From NCBI GenBank assembly GCA_963739455.1, contig CAVUAK010000001.1:2240001-2304000 (forward strand): a stretch of DNA of 64,000 nucleotides, written 5' to 3'. Made by a program: the position numbers and the translations under genes. Below the pieces are notes generated by a model. That model was given only the letters and a program-made list of their open reading frames with translations, was not told the DNA's origin and did no database searches. Origin of the DNA: an uncultured Gemmatimonadales bacterium. Lineage in GTDB: Bacteria; Gemmatimonadota; Gemmatimonadetes; Gemmatimonadales; GWC2-71-9. Of this stretch, positions 1-9,411 are shown one piece after another; position 1 is the stretch's first letter; the number at the start of each line of letters is the position of its first letter.

Positions 1-69
1 GTGCGGCTGCACTGCAAGGACGGCCGGATCGACGTGTCATCGGTCGCGCACGGTGTCCAGCACCTCTGA
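1..69 (+). CDS. cheD: 3' end of upstream gene, probably chemoreceptor glutamine deamidase CheD (partial)
   Basis: Frame 1 reads [22 protein letters not shown] and overlaps the cheB start; resembles CheD C-termini; only 22 residues visible. Confidence 0.45.
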   Translation: MRLHCKDGRIDVSSVAHGVQHL

Positions 70-1126
70 GCGACGGTCGGTCCTCATCGCCGACGACAGC
101 CCATTCTTCCGCCGCCTGCTCTCCGACATCCTGGAGCGCAGCGGGGAATTCACCGTGGTGGGCACGGCGCGGAACGGCATGGACGCGCTGCAGAAGGTGC
201 ACCGGCTGCAGCCGGACCTGGTGCTGATGGACCTGGAGATGCCGGAGCTCGACGGGCTGGGCGCCATCGGGTACATCATGTCGGAAGCGCCGCGGCCGAT
301 CGTGGTGGTGTCGAGCTACGCGGGCCCGGGCACCTCGGCGGCGATCCGGTCGCTGGAGCTGGGCGCGGTGGAAATCGTGGCGAAGGAGTCGGGCCGCGAT
401 GCCGCCGACCTGGAGCGGTTCGGCGAGCGCCTGCTGGAAACACTGCGGCTCTCGGCGGGGGCCGAACTGTTCCGCCTGCCGATCCTGGCACGGCCGGCAC
501 AGGGCGTTCCGCCAGCGGCGCTCTTCTCGCTGCCGGGCCGGGCGCGCGGCTGCGTCGCCATTGCGGCATCGACCGGCGGTCCGCGCGCGCTCGCCGAGGT
601 GGTACCGAAGCTCTCGCCGGGACTCGGCGCCGGAGTGGTGATCGTGCAGCACATGCCACCGGGCTTCACGCGGAGCCTGGCTGAGCGACTGTCGGGGCAG
701 AGCCAGCTCCGCGTGGTGGAGGCGGAGCACGGCACGCCATTGCTCGAGGACACCGCGTACGTCGCACCGGGAGACTGGCACATGCGCGTGGCGGCGGGGC
801 CCGACGGCGTGCACCTGCTGCTCGATCGCGAACCGACGATGCATGGTGTCCGGCCCGCCGCCGATCCGCTCTTCCGCTCGGTGGCCGAGGTGTTCGGCGC
901 GCGCGCGGTGGGCGTGGTGCTGACGGGACTGGGCCGCGACGGCGCGGATGGGCTCAGGCGCATCCATGAGGCGGGTGGCATCGGGATCGCGCAGGATCGC
1001 GCGAGCGCCACCATCGACGGGATGCCGGCGGCGGCGCGAGCGTCGGGCGGCGCCGATCATGTGCTCTCGGTGACGCAGGTGGCGGGACAGGTGGACGCGG
1101 AGATCCGCCGCATGCGACTCCTGTGA
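53..1126 (+). CDS. cheB: Chemotaxis response regulator protein-glutamate methylesterase
   Basis: N-terminal receiver (IADDS, MDLEMP) plus methylesterase motifs [19 protein letters not shown]. Confidence 0.95.
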   Translation: MSSTSERRSVLIADDSPFFRRLLSDILERSGEFTVVGTARNGMDALQKVHRLQPDLVLMDLEMPELDGLGAIGYIMSEAPRPIVVVSSYAGPGTSAAIRSLELGAVEIVAKESGRDAADLERFGERLLETLRLSAGAELFRLPILARPAQGVPPAALFSLPGRARGCVAIAASTGGPRALAEVVPKLSPGLGAGVVIVQHMPPGFTRSLAERLSGQSQLRVVEAEHGTPLLEDTAYVAPGDWHMRVAAGPDGVHLLLDREPTMHGVRPAADPLFRSVAEVFGARAVGVVLTGLGRDGADGLRRIHEAGGIGIAQDRASATIDGMPAAARASGGADHVLSVTQVAGQVDAEIRRMRLL

Positions 1127-1545
1127 GTGCCCCGGCCGGGGCGTTCCTGCTGGTGCGCGCCGGTGGTCGCAAGGTGGGGCTCGCAGTCGAGGCGGTCATC
1201 GAAGTGCGCGAGCCGGATGAGCTCGGTGCCATCCCGTCGCTCGAACCGGCACTGCGCGGGGTGACCTCGCTGCGGGGCCAGCTGATGCCGGTGCTCAACC
1301 TGGGGGCGTTGCTGGGGGGTGAACCGGGGCCGGGCCTGGTGGTGGTCGTCACGAGCCTTGGAGGGCGCCGGGTGGGGCTCGAAGTCGATGACGCGGATGT
1401 GGTGGTGAGCGCTGGCGTCGCACTGCTGAGTGCCGATGAGACGCTCCCCTGGGCCCGCGCCATCGCGGTGCTCCCGGACCAGGTGTACGTGCCGCTCCTC
1501 GACCTGGGCGCGCTGGCGGCACGACTTACGGAGGTCAGCACATGA
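1123..1545 (+). CDS. cheW: CheW domain protein
   Basis: [15 protein letters not shown] and RVGLEVD CheW motifs; GTGA overlap with cheB. Confidence 0.85.
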   Translation: MSAPAGAFLLVRAGGRKVGLAVEAVIEVREPDELGAIPSLEPALRGVTSLRGQLMPVLNLGALLGGEPGPGLVVVVTSLGGRRVGLEVDDADVVVSAGVALLSADETLPWARAIAVLPDQVYVPLLDLGALAARLTEVST

Positions 1546-2015
1546 CGCTGCCACATGGCGATGACATCCAGCTGGTCACCTTCCGGTGCGGCGGGCATGA
1601 CTTCGCATTCGATATCCTGCAGCTGCAGCGGATCCTTCGGTACGAGGTGCCGTCACCGCTGCCGGACGCGCCCGATTTTCTCGAGGGTGTGCTGTCATAC
1701 GAGGGCGCTGCGGTGCCGGTGGTGGACCTGCGGAAGCGCCTGGGGCTGCCGGCCACTGTCACCGAAGAGACGCGGGTCATGCTGCTGGTGCTCGACGGGC
1801 ATCGCGTCGGGGTGGTGGTCGATGCCGCCCGCGAGCTGGTCCGGGTGGACAGCACCACGATCAGCGCGCCGCCGCCGATGGTCCGGGGCCTCGCCGCGCG
1901 GTACATCGCGGGCATCCTGGCGCGCCCCGAGCGCACCATCGTCATCCTGAACGCGCAGCGCCTGCTGGCCGACGACGAACGGAACGTCCTGCACCACCTG
2001 GAGATCACGACGTGA
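1542..2015 (+). CDS. cheW: CheW domain protein (second copy)
   Basis: QLVTF, LPDAPDFLEGV, VPVVDLRKRLG, VGVVVD; ATGA overlap. Confidence 0.9.
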   Translation: MTLPHGDDIQLVTFRCGGHDFAFDILQLQRILRYEVPSPLPDAPDFLEGVLSYEGAAVPVVDLRKRLGLPATVTEETRVMLLVLDGHRVGVVVDAARELVRVDSTTISAPPPMVRGLAARYIAGILARPERTIVILNAQRLLADDERNVLHHLEITT

Positions 2016-2905
2016 GTGAACCGACCGGCTCCGGCCCCGATCCCTGGGTGACCGGCCTGCGCGCCACGCATGCCGACATCGCGCGACGCCTGGACGCGGC
2101 CACGACCGCCATCGACCGCGACATCCTGAAGCGCGAGATCATCTCGTTCTTCAAGCGTGTGGACGGGGCGCTCACCGACCTGACGAAGCTCAAGGAGGAG
2201 ATCCGCCTGCTCGTCAACCAGTACAAGCAGGTGGCGTCCACGGCCGACTCGGCGCAGGCGCCGCAGTTCACCGGTGCGTTCCCGGTGGTGCAGGCGGACC
2301 ACCTCGGCGCGTCGACGTACATCGAGAAGGGGTGGAGCCTCATCTCGCTGGGCGATCATGCGGGGGCGATCCAGGCGCTGCAGCGCGCGCTCCAGCTGGC
2401 GCCGGGCGATACGCAGGCGCAGTCGCTGCTGGGCTGGGCGCAAATGCTCCACGAGGATTATGACGATGCCTTGGGCACCTTCTCGCGGGTACTGATGAAG
2501 GAGCCGGCCAACTCGCTCGCCCGGATCAACGTCGGCTACATTTGCCTGAAGAAGGGGATCTTCGGCGAGGCGATCGAGCACCTGTCCAAGGCCATCCGGC
2601 TGGACAACGATCGCAAGGCCACGCTGTACGCGCACTTCTACCTGGGCCTGGTGTACCTCGAGCGGGAAATGTTCGAGGATGCGCAGTCCTTCTTCCGGAA
2701 GACGCTGCAGCTCGGGCCCAACCTCATTGAGGCCTACTTCGAACTGGGACGCGCGCAGTGGTTCGCGGGGGAACGGGACCACGCGGTGGGAACCTGGACG
2801 GAGGGGCAGAAGGCCAACCGGTTCAACCCGTGGTCAAAGCGGTGCGCGGAAATGCTGGAGCGGGCGGCGGCGGGGGAAGACATTCCGCGGGCGCTGGTTT
2901 CATAG
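2012..2905 (+). CDS. TPR protein with N-terminal helical/coiled-coil region
   Basis: Repeated TPR patterns (AIQALQRALQLAP, AIEHLSKAIRLD, AHFYLGLVY, AYFELG); GTGA overlap with cheW. Confidence 0.85.
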   Translation: MSEPTGSGPDPWVTGLRATHADIARRLDAATTAIDRDILKREIISFFKRVDGALTDLTKLKEEIRLLVNQYKQVASTADSAQAPQFTGAFPVVQADHLGASTYIEKGWSLISLGDHAGAIQALQRALQLAPGDTQAQSLLGWAQMLHEDYDDALGTFSRVLMKEPANSLARINVGYICLKKGIFGEAIEHLSKAIRLDNDRKATLYAHFYLGLVYLEREMFEDAQSFFRKTLQLGPNLIEAYFELGRAQWFAGERDHAVGTWTEGQKANRFNPWSKRCAEMLERAAAGEDIPRALVS

Positions 2906-3852
2906 CAAGGCGGGGAGGGCGGGGAGGGCGGGGATGGCGGGTCGCCCTCATGCTGCTGTTGCCCGCCTTCCCCGTCGTCCCCGCCTTACCCGCTCAATCC
3001 CTTGGCTCCGCGCAGGTCGGCAACGTCACCGTCGTTGCGGGTCGCGAAGAGATGAACGCCGCGATGGGCCTCGCGGAGTGGGCCGACCAGCCAGCCGACT
3101 GGCCCGGCCTCGGGCGGCGGAGCCCGCTGCCGTTCCGCCTCATCCTCGCCCGCGATGCCGCCGGTCTCTCCCGCCTTACGGGAGGTCGTGCGCCGGCCTG
3201 GGGCGCGGGGATCACGCTCCCCGGGCCGCGGCTCATTGCGCTCCGCGCCGATGCTGACCCGATGCACACCCTCCGTCATGAGCTCGCGCACCTGGTGCTG
3301 CACGATGCGGTGCAGGTGCCGATGCCACTCTGGTTCGAGGAGGGGTATGCCGTCTATGCGGCGGGCGAATGGGACCTGCTCGAGGCGCTGAGCCTGAACT
3401 ACGCCGTGGTGTCGGGGTCCACACCCGGCCTGGACTCGCTCAACCGGGCACTCCGGGGGCACCCGGCGGGGATCAGCACGGCGTATGCGCTCTCGGCGTC
3501 GGCGGTGCTGGAGCTGGCCCGCCGGAATCCGAGCCGAAGCCTGACGCCATTGGTCGAGCGCCTCGCGGCAGGTGAGCAATTCGATTCGGCGCTCCTCGCC
3601 ACGACCGGCCTTACACCGGAAAACTTCGACGAGGCATGGCAGCGAGGGGTCAGGCAACGCTACAGCCTGTTCACCTGGCTGGCCGCCGGTGGGGCATGGG
3701 CGATACTGGCCATGGCATTGATGCTGGGCACCTGGTGGAGGCGGCGACGCGACCGGGGCCGCCGGTCGGCGCTGGATGAGGGGTGGGAATTGCCTCCGGA
3801 GCCGGAAATGCAAGCGGCGCAGGCGCTTGACCCGACTCCATCCGGCGAGTAG
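2902..3852 (+). CDS. Exported zinc metallopeptidase-like (MA clan, HExxH) protein with C-terminal membrane anchor; start ATA 2902 or ATG 2950
   Basis: LRHELAH and PLWFEEG motifs; hydrophobic helix followed by WWRRRR near the C-terminus; signal-peptide-like N-terminus. Confidence 0.75.
   Translation: MARRGGRGGRGWRVALMLLLPAFPVVPALPAQSLGSAQVGNVTVVAGREEMNAAMGLAEWADQPADWPGLGRRSPLPFRLILARDAAGLSRLTGGRAPAWGAGITLPGPRLIALRADADPMHTLRHELAHLVLHDAVQVPMPLWFEEGYAVYAAGEWDLLEALSLNYAVVSGSTPGLDSLNRALRGHPAGISTAYALSASAVLELARRNPSRSLTPLVERLAAGEQFDSALLATTGLTPENFDEAWQRGVRQRYSLFTWLAAGGAWAILAMALMLGTWWRRRRDRGRRSALDEGWELPPEPEMQAAQALDPTPSGE
2909..2993. repeat. 9-mer GGCGGGGA(G/A/T) tandem array plus inverted arm
   Basis: GGCGGGGAG x2, GGCGGGGAT, GGCGGG at 2909-2941; complementary CCCGCC-TTCCCCGTC-GTCCCCGCC-TTACCCGC at 2962-2993. 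Confidence 0.85.
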
Positions 3853-3855
3853 TCT
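3827..3855 (+). promoter_or_regulatory. sigma70-type promoter for the small protein and tRNA-Val
   Basis: TTGACC (3827-3832), 17-nt spacer, TAGTCT (3850-3855). Confidence 0.6.
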
Positions 3856-3867
3856 CTTACCTCTTAT

Positions 3868-4068
3868 ATGCCAGAACTGACAGCTCACAAGGTCTCGACC
3901 TCCCGCGCACGCTGGCCCCTGTCGCCGCGCAGCCTGATCGTCATTGTTGCGGCGTTGTTTGCCATCATTGCGGGGTATATGGTACTCTCGGCTGGACACG
4001 CCAGTGCGGCGGCGGTGCTGCTGGTGCTGGGGTATTGTGTGCTGCTCCCGCTCGGTATCGTCATCTAG
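3868..4068 (+). CDS. Small two-helix membrane protein (DUF3098-like)
   Basis: 66 aa with two hydrophobic segments (IIAGYMVL, LLVLGYCVLLPLGI); family call from memory only. Confidence 0.55.
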   Translation: MPELTAHKVSTSRARWPLSPRSLIVIVAALFAIIAGYMVLSAGHASAAAVLLVLGYCVLLPLGIVI

Positions 4069-4141
4069 GCAAGGCCCTGGCCGGGGCAATGCCGGTGCGG
4101 TTCCGTAGCCCAGAGGTCTCGAACCGCGCCGTCCCCAATGC

Positions 4142-4216
4142 GGGCGATTAGCTCAGCCGGTTCAGAGCGCCTGCCTTACACGCAGGATGTCGGGGGTTCG
4201 AATCCCTCATCGCCCA
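4142..4216 (+). tRNA. tRNA-Val (anticodon TAC)
   Basis: Acceptor GGGCGAT/ATCGCCC, D arm AGCTCAG, anticodon stem CCTGC-CTTACAC-GCAGG, T loop GGTTCGAATCC; CCA not encoded after discriminator. Confidence 0.95.
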
Positions 4217-4285
4217 TATCGCGCGCCACCCCGGCGCGCTTCACTCGGCCGTTCCGGCCGGTGTTCCCGCAGGAGACATGAACGC

Positions 4286-6004
4286 ATGACGCGACTCGGT
4301 CAGGTGGTGCTGTCATCGCTCGCGCTTGGTGCAGCGCTCTCGGCCGACCTCTGTGGGCAAGGGATCCCGAAAAACACGCGTCGCCTGGGCGGGCCGGCTC
4401 CGTCAGCGATCCGGGTCATGGTCGCGATCCCGTATGCGTCGTCGACGGCGGACTCGGCCGCGGCCGTGGCGATCGGGACCGGCATGCGGACCAAGCTCGC
4501 GAGCGTGGCCGGTTCCGACTACTCGATCGTGTCCGACTCGATCATGAACACGGCACTCGAGCAGTTCGGCTATCCCAAGAACGCCATCCTCAGCCCACCG
4601 AACGCGCTGATCCTCGCCAAGCAGATCCCGGGCACCAAGGGAATCATCACGTCGACGCTGACGCGACAGGATGGCGGGCCGTACTCCATGACCTCGCGAT
4701 TCTTCGGCGTGCAGTCCGATGCCGGCGTGGTCAAGCTGGCCACGCAGACGCAGGGCGAGAAGCTCGAGGCTTTTGGCGCGCGAGTCGCTGAAGGATTCGA
4801 TGCCTCGTTCGATGCCTTCGATGATGCCAAGCAGTGCGAGGACCTGCGGGCGACCAAGCCTGAGGATGCGACGAAGGCAGCCGAGCGGTCGATCAAGAGC
4901 GTGCCGGACCAGGGCCTGGCGCACCTGTGCCTGGCCGAGATCGCCATTGCGGCAAAGAAGCCGCGGGCCGACATCGTCGGGCACCTGGAAGCGGCGACGA
5001 AGGGCGATCCGCTGAGCCTCACCGCGTGGACCCTGCTGGCGGAACAGCAGGAGCAGGCGGGTGACACGGCGGCCGTGATTACCGCCTTCAAGCAGATGCT
5101 GCTGGTGGCCCCGGGCAACCAGAAGCTGCGCGAGGGGATCTTCAAGTACCTGCTCAAGGCAGGGAAGCCCAACGTGGCGCGCGAGGTTGCAGACGAGGGA
5201 CTCAAGCTGGACCCGAACAACTGGGACCTGTACGACCTGAAGAGCAATGCCTGCCTCTTCCAGAGCGACTTCCCCTGTGCCATCGACGCCCTGGCTCAGG
5301 CGTACGCGGTCGATTCGTCGCGAGCCGACTCGAGCTTCTACAAGAAGATCGCGGTGGCCGCAGCGCAGCAGCCTGATACGGCGAAGCTGGTACTGTGGTC
5401 ACAGCGCGGCCTCAAGAAGTACCCGGACAACGTCGAGCTGCTCGGATACGCCGAGCAGGGGTACATGCTTACCGGGCAGGTGGACTCCACCGTGGCCATC
5501 GCGAAGCGCCTCCTGGCGGCGGACTCGACCCAGATCGACCCGGCCCTCGCCGCGATCCAGTCACTCGCGACGGCTGGCCGCATCGCCGATGCGCAGCCGC
5601 TCATCCAGATGGTGCAGGCGAAGGGATCGCCGCAGCAGAAGGAACAGATGGCGGCCATCCTGGCCAACGCCGCGCTCCCGCTGCTGCAGAAGTCCGAGTA
5701 TCCCGCCGCCGCCGACCTCTCGCGGCAGTGCGTGGCGAACGCCGACCCGAAGGGGCGGATCATCGGGAGCTGCCAGCTGATCCTGGGTCTCTCGGCGTTC
5801 CAGTCGGCGGCCACCATGGATGCCGAGACCGAGAAGACGAAGTCGTGCGAAGCGGCGAAGAAGGAGGACGCGCTGGTGAACGAGGCCGAGGTGGCGCTGA
5901 CCGCGGCGAAGGCGACGCGGCCGGACGCGGTGGAGAAGCCGCTGGCCGCGGTTCCGCAGTTCAAGGCGCGCACGTCGTCCATGATCAAGTCGTATTGCAA
6001 GTGA
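4286..6004 (+). CDS. Exported TPR-like helical repeat protein
   Basis: ATG 4286 downstream of AGGAG; signal peptide MTRLGQVVLSSLALGAALSADLCG; TPR-like segments (AWTLLAEQQEQAGD, ADEGLKLDPNN). Confidence 0.75.
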   Translation: MTRLGQVVLSSLALGAALSADLCGQGIPKNTRRLGGPAPSAIRVMVAIPYASSTADSAAAVAIGTGMRTKLASVAGSDYSIVSDSIMNTALEQFGYPKNAILSPPNALILAKQIPGTKGIITSTLTRQDGGPYSMTSRFFGVQSDAGVVKLATQTQGEKLEAFGARVAEGFDASFDAFDDAKQCEDLRATKPEDATKAAERSIKSVPDQGLAHLCLAEIAIAAKKPRADIVGHLEAATKGDPLSLTAWTLLAEQQEQAGDTAAVITAFKQMLLVAPGNQKLREGIFKYLLKAGKPNVAREVADEGLKLDPNNWDLYDLKSNACLFQSDFPCAIDALAQAYAVDSSRADSSFYKKIAVAAAQQPDTAKLVLWSQRGLKKYPDNVELLGYAEQGYMLTGQVDSTVAIAKRLLAADSTQIDPALAAIQSLATAGRIADAQPLIQMVQAKGSPQQKEQMAAILANAALPLLQKSEYPAAADLSRQCVANADPKGRIIGSCQLILGLSAFQSAATMDAETEKTKSCEAAKKEDALVNEAEVALTAAKATRPDAVEKPLAAVPQFKARTSSMIKSYCK

Positions 6005-6096
6005 GTGAGCAGTCGAGGTGGTCAGTCGGCAGGGAAGCTGAGGGGTTGCCGGGGGGCGGGGGGCTGCCTAACTTTGCCCCCCGCTGCAAAGGTCCG

Positions 6097-6171
6097 GGGG
6101 CTGTAGCTCAGCTTGGTTAGAGTGCCGCACTGTCACTGCGGAGGTCGCGGGTTCGAGCCCCGTCAGCCCCG
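6097..6171 (+). tRNA. tRNA-Asp (anticodon GTC)
   Basis: Acceptor GGGGCTG/CAGCCCC, anticodon stem CCGCA-CTGTCAC-TGCGG, T loop GGTTCGAGCCC. Confidence 0.95.
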
Positions 6172-6186
6172 TCGTCCTCTCAGTAC

Positions 6187-6223
6187 CGCACTCCGTCTCC
6201 TGGACGGGGTGCGTTTTCTTTTT
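6187..6223 (+). terminator. Intrinsic terminator after tRNA-Asp
   Basis: Stem CGCACTCCGTC/GACGGGGTGCG followed by TTTTCTTTTT. Confidence 0.8.
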
Positions 6224-6234
6224 CCGGCCATTCC

Positions 6235-7158
6235 ATGTCAACCGGCGATACCCAGGCACTGCACGAACCTGTCCTGCTTGCGGAGGTCCTGGCCGCCGGG
6301 GCCGGGGCGCGCCGGGTCGTGGATGCCACCCTGGGTCATGGCGGCCACGCGGGAGCACTGCGGGCGCAGGGCGCCGAAGTGCTCGGCATCGACCGGGATC
6401 CCGATGCGCTCGCGACCGCCAGGACGCGGCTGGGCGAGGCCGGGATGACGTGGCTCGAGGCGCCGTATGCCTCGGCGCCCGCCATCGAGGCGGTGACGGC
6501 ATTCGTTCCCGATTTTATCCTTCTGGATCTCGGCGTCTCGTCGCGACAGCTGGATGCGGACAGCCGCGGCTTCAGCTTCCGCCCCGGCGTCGCGCTCGAC
6601 ATGCGGATGGGTGCGACCGGCCCCACTGCGGCCGACCTGCTCAACGAGTTGCCTGAAGCGCAGCTGGTGATGATCCTGCGGGACTACGCCGACGAGCGCC
6701 GGGCCAGCGCGATGGCGCGCGAGATCGTGCGGCGCCGGGACCGCGGCCCCTTCGCGTCGAGCGACGACCTGGTCAACACCATTCGCGCCGTGCTCGGGCC
6801 GCGGGCCGGTCCCGGCGAGTTTGCGCGGATCTTCCAGGGGTTCCGGATCGCGGTGAACGATGAGCTCGGCGGGCTGGCGCGGGCACTCGATGCCTTTCGC
6901 GATGCCCTTTCGCCCGGCGGCCGCCTGGCGGTGATCAGCTATCACTCGGGAGAGGACCGTCTCGTGAAGCAGGCGTTCCGGGGCTGGAGTACCGCGTGCA
7001 CCTGCCCGCCTGGCCTGCCGGTATGCATCTGCGGCGGCAAGGCGTCGGGCCAGCTGGTGACGCGCCGGCCGATCGTGGCGAGCGACGTGGAGGCAGCAGC
7101 CAATCCGCGCGCCCGCAGTGCCCGTCTCCGGGTTTTCCGGGTGAACGATGCAGGTTAA
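6235..7158 (+). CDS. rsmH: 16S rRNA m4C1402 methyltransferase
   Basis: HEPVLL, DATLGHGGH, DLGVSSRQLD, RGFSF, ISYHSGEDRLVK, NPRARSARLR. Confidence 0.95.
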   Translation: MSTGDTQALHEPVLLAEVLAAGAGARRVVDATLGHGGHAGALRAQGAEVLGIDRDPDALATARTRLGEAGMTWLEAPYASAPAIEAVTAFVPDFILLDLGVSSRQLDADSRGFSFRPGVALDMRMGATGPTAADLLNELPEAQLVMILRDYADERRASAMAREIVRRRDRGPFASSDDLVNTIRAVLGPRAGPGEFARIFQGFRIAVNDELGGLARALDAFRDALSPGGRLAVISYHSGEDRLVKQAFRGWSTACTCPPGLPVCICGGKASGQLVTRRPIVASDVEAAANPRARSARLRVFRVNDAG

Positions 7159-7438
7159 GGGGCGGCATCACCTCCTGTTCTGGCTGCTGCTGTTCCTGGT
7201 GGTCGCCGGCGGGATCGTGGCGCGCCAGAATGCGTCGATCGCCGCGGCGGGACGCCTCAGCCGGCTCCGGGAGGAGCGCACCACGCTCGAGGCGCGACGG
7301 GCCGACCTGACCGGCCAGATCCGTGAAGCGTCGAGTCGCCGGGCGCTGGCGCCGCTCGCGGAGGCCATGGGCCTGCACGAGCCGTCCGATTCCGAAGTCA
7401 ACTACCTCAAGCTCTCAGCCGACGACCGCCGGCCATGA
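7148..7438 (+). CDS. ftsL: Cell division protein FtsL-like
   Basis: Single TM helix then coiled coil; position between rsmH and the PBP. Confidence 0.75.
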   Translation: MQVKGRHHLLFWLLLFLVVAGGIVARQNASIAAAGRLSRLREERTTLEARRADLTGQIREASSRRALAPLAEAMGLHEPSDSEVNYLKLSADDRRP

Positions 7439-9411
7439 ACCGCACCGCCAAGCGCATTTCCTTCCTGCAGGGCTGCTTCGCGCTGGCACTCGCGAGCATC
7501 ATTTTTCGCGCGGGGCAGTTGCAGCTGGTCGAGGGGAGCTACTGGTCGGCGCAGGCGGAATCGCGGCGCACCGCGCGTGACACGCTCGAGGCGAGGCGCG
7601 GGTCGATCTACGATCGTCGCGGGGTGCAGCTGGCGGTGACGCAGGAGTTCTATCACGTCGGCATCGCGCCGAACGAGGTCGTGGACCGGCGGGTGCTGGT
7701 GCAGGCGGCGTCGCGCGCGCTGGATGTGGGAGCGGGGGAGCTGCAGCGAAAGCTGCGGGCGGGGAAGTACATGTACTTCTACGGCCCGTACACCGCGACG
7801 CAGATCGAGCCGCTGCGACAGCTCAAGGGGGTTCACCTCGAGGGCAGCTTCCGCCGCGACTATCCGTCGTCGCTGGCGGCACCGGTCATCGGGCGGCTCC
7901 CACCCGACAGCACGCGAGGCGGCTCCGGGCTCGAGCGCGCGCTCGATGGCCTGCTGACCGGCACGCCCGGCGAGGCCGTGTTCCTGCGCGACCGCGTAGG
8001 CCGCCGGCTCGAGTCGCCGGCCCGGAAGATCAGTGACCCGGTGCCGGGCAATGACGTGTGGCTGACGCTCGATGCGGAGCTGCAGGACATCGCCGAGCGC
8101 GAGCTCGAGGACGCGATCCGTGAGCTGGGTGCCAAGGGCGGCGACGTGGTGGTGCTCGATCCGCGCTCCGGGGAATTGCTTGCGGTGGCGTCGCGCCAGG
8201 CCGGGGTCGACGGCGCCGCTGCCAGCCCGACCGCGTTCACCAGCCCCTTCGAGCCGGGATCGACAGCGAAGCTCTTCACGGCGGCGGCGCTGCTGCGGCT
8301 GGACAAGGTGGACAGCACCGACCGCGTGAGCGGCGAGGGCGGCGACTACCTGATGCCGCTCTCGCACGGGCCACCGCGGAAGATCCACGACGAGCACAAG
8401 ATCACGGGGATGATGACGCTGGCCGACGCCATCAAGATGTCGAGCAATATCGGCATGGCGAAGTTCTCCCAGCGCCTGAGCACGACGGAACAGTTCGAGG
8501 CCCTGCGCGACTTCGGGTTCGGCAGTCCCACCGGCGTCGAGTTTCCGTCCGAGTCGCGCGGCCAGCTCCAGAACCCCGAGCGCATGATCCCCGACTATTC
8601 CCGCGCCAGCATGGCGATGGGCTACGAGATCGGTGTCACGGCGCTGCAGCTGGCGGTGGCGTACGCGGCGATTGCGAACGACGGCGTGCTGGTGACGCCG
8701 ACGCTGGTGCGCGAGGTGCGGAACCCTGCGGGACAACTGCTCTACCAGCACCAGCCGGAGCCGGTGCGCCGGGTCATCTCCCTCGAGGTCGCGGCCAAGC
8801 TCCAGGACTACCTGCGCAGCGTGGTCGAGGAAGGTGGCGGCACCGGTGACAAGGCGCGACTGGCCAACTACGAGCTGGCGGGCAAGACTGGAACGGCACG
8901 CCGCTTCGAGGGAAGGTCGTACGCGAACAAGGGATACCGCGCCTCGTTCGCGGCGTACTTCCCGGCGAAGGATCCGCAGCTGGTGCTGGTCGTGACGATC
9001 GACGACCCGACGAAGGGTTCCTACTTCGGCGGGGCCACCGCGGCGCCGCTGACGAAGCGGATGCTCGAGCAGGCGCTCGCGTCCCGCTACATCTCGATCG
9101 ACCGCGCGCGGCTTGGTGGTACCACCGCTGCCGTGGCCGCCCGGCTGCCGGCCCCGGCGCCGCGTGCCGATGCGGTGGCGTCGGTGACGCGTGTCAGCTG
9201 GCCCTATCGCCCACCCGACTCGACCACGGCGAAGCCGGTCGCCATCGTGCCCGACGTGAGCGGGCGCGGCGTCCGCGCGGCGGTGCTCTCGGTGCACCAG
9301 CGCGGGTTCCGCGCGAGCGTGAAGGGCACCGGGCATGTCGTGCGCACCGATCCCGTGGCCGGAAGCACGGTGAGCACCGGCACCGTGGTCACCATCTGGA
9401 CCGGCGAGTGA
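7435..9411 (+). CDS. ftsI: Class B penicillin-binding protein with C-terminal PASTA domain
   Basis: RGSIYDRRG, FEPGSTAK (SxxK), SSN, GKTGT; C-terminal VPDVSG...TDPVAG. Confidence 0.92.
   Translation: MNRTAKRISFLQGCFALALASIIFRAGQLQLVEGSYWSAQAESRRTARDTLEARRGSIYDRRGVQLAVTQEFYHVGIAPNEVVDRRVLVQAASRALDVGAGELQRKLRAGKYMYFYGPYTATQIEPLRQLKGVHLEGSFRRDYPSSLAAPVIGRLPPDSTRGGSGLERALDGLLTGTPGEAVFLRDRVGRRLESPARKISDPVPGNDVWLTLDAELQDIAERELEDAIRELGAKGGDVVVLDPRSGELLAVASRQAGVDGAAASPTAFTSPFEPGSTAKLFTAAALLRLDKVDSTDRVSGEGGDYLMPLSHGPPRKIHDEHKITGMMTLADAIKMSSNIGMAKFSQRLSTTEQFEALRDFGFGSPTGVEFPSESRGQLQNPERMIPDYSRASMAMGYEIGVTALQLAVAYAAIANDGVLVTPTLVREVRNPAGQLLYQHQPEPVRRVISLEVAAKLQDYLRSVVEEGGGTGDKARLANYELAGKTGTARRFEGRSYANKGYRASFAAYFPAKDPQLVLVVTIDDPTKGSYFGGATAAPLTKRMLEQALASRYISIDRARLGGTTAAVAARLPAPAPRADAVASVTRVSWPYRPPDSTTAKPVAIVPDVSGRGVRAAVLSVHQRGFRASVKGTGHVVRTDPVAGSTVSTGTVVTIWTGE

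Noticed and set aside
4083..4136. Hairpin GGTGCGGTTC/GAACCGCGCC before tRNA-Val as a separate ncRNA
   Set aside because: Short, no recognisable family motif; adequately explained as tRNA leader structure
4187..4285. N-terminal extension of the 605-aa ORF
   Set aside because: Overlaps tRNA-Val; ATG 4286 has an SD and gives a clean signal peptide
4142..6171. tRNAs as integration sites of a genomic island or prophage
   Set aside because: No integrase, transposase or phage gene, and no duplicated tRNA 3' end seen in the window
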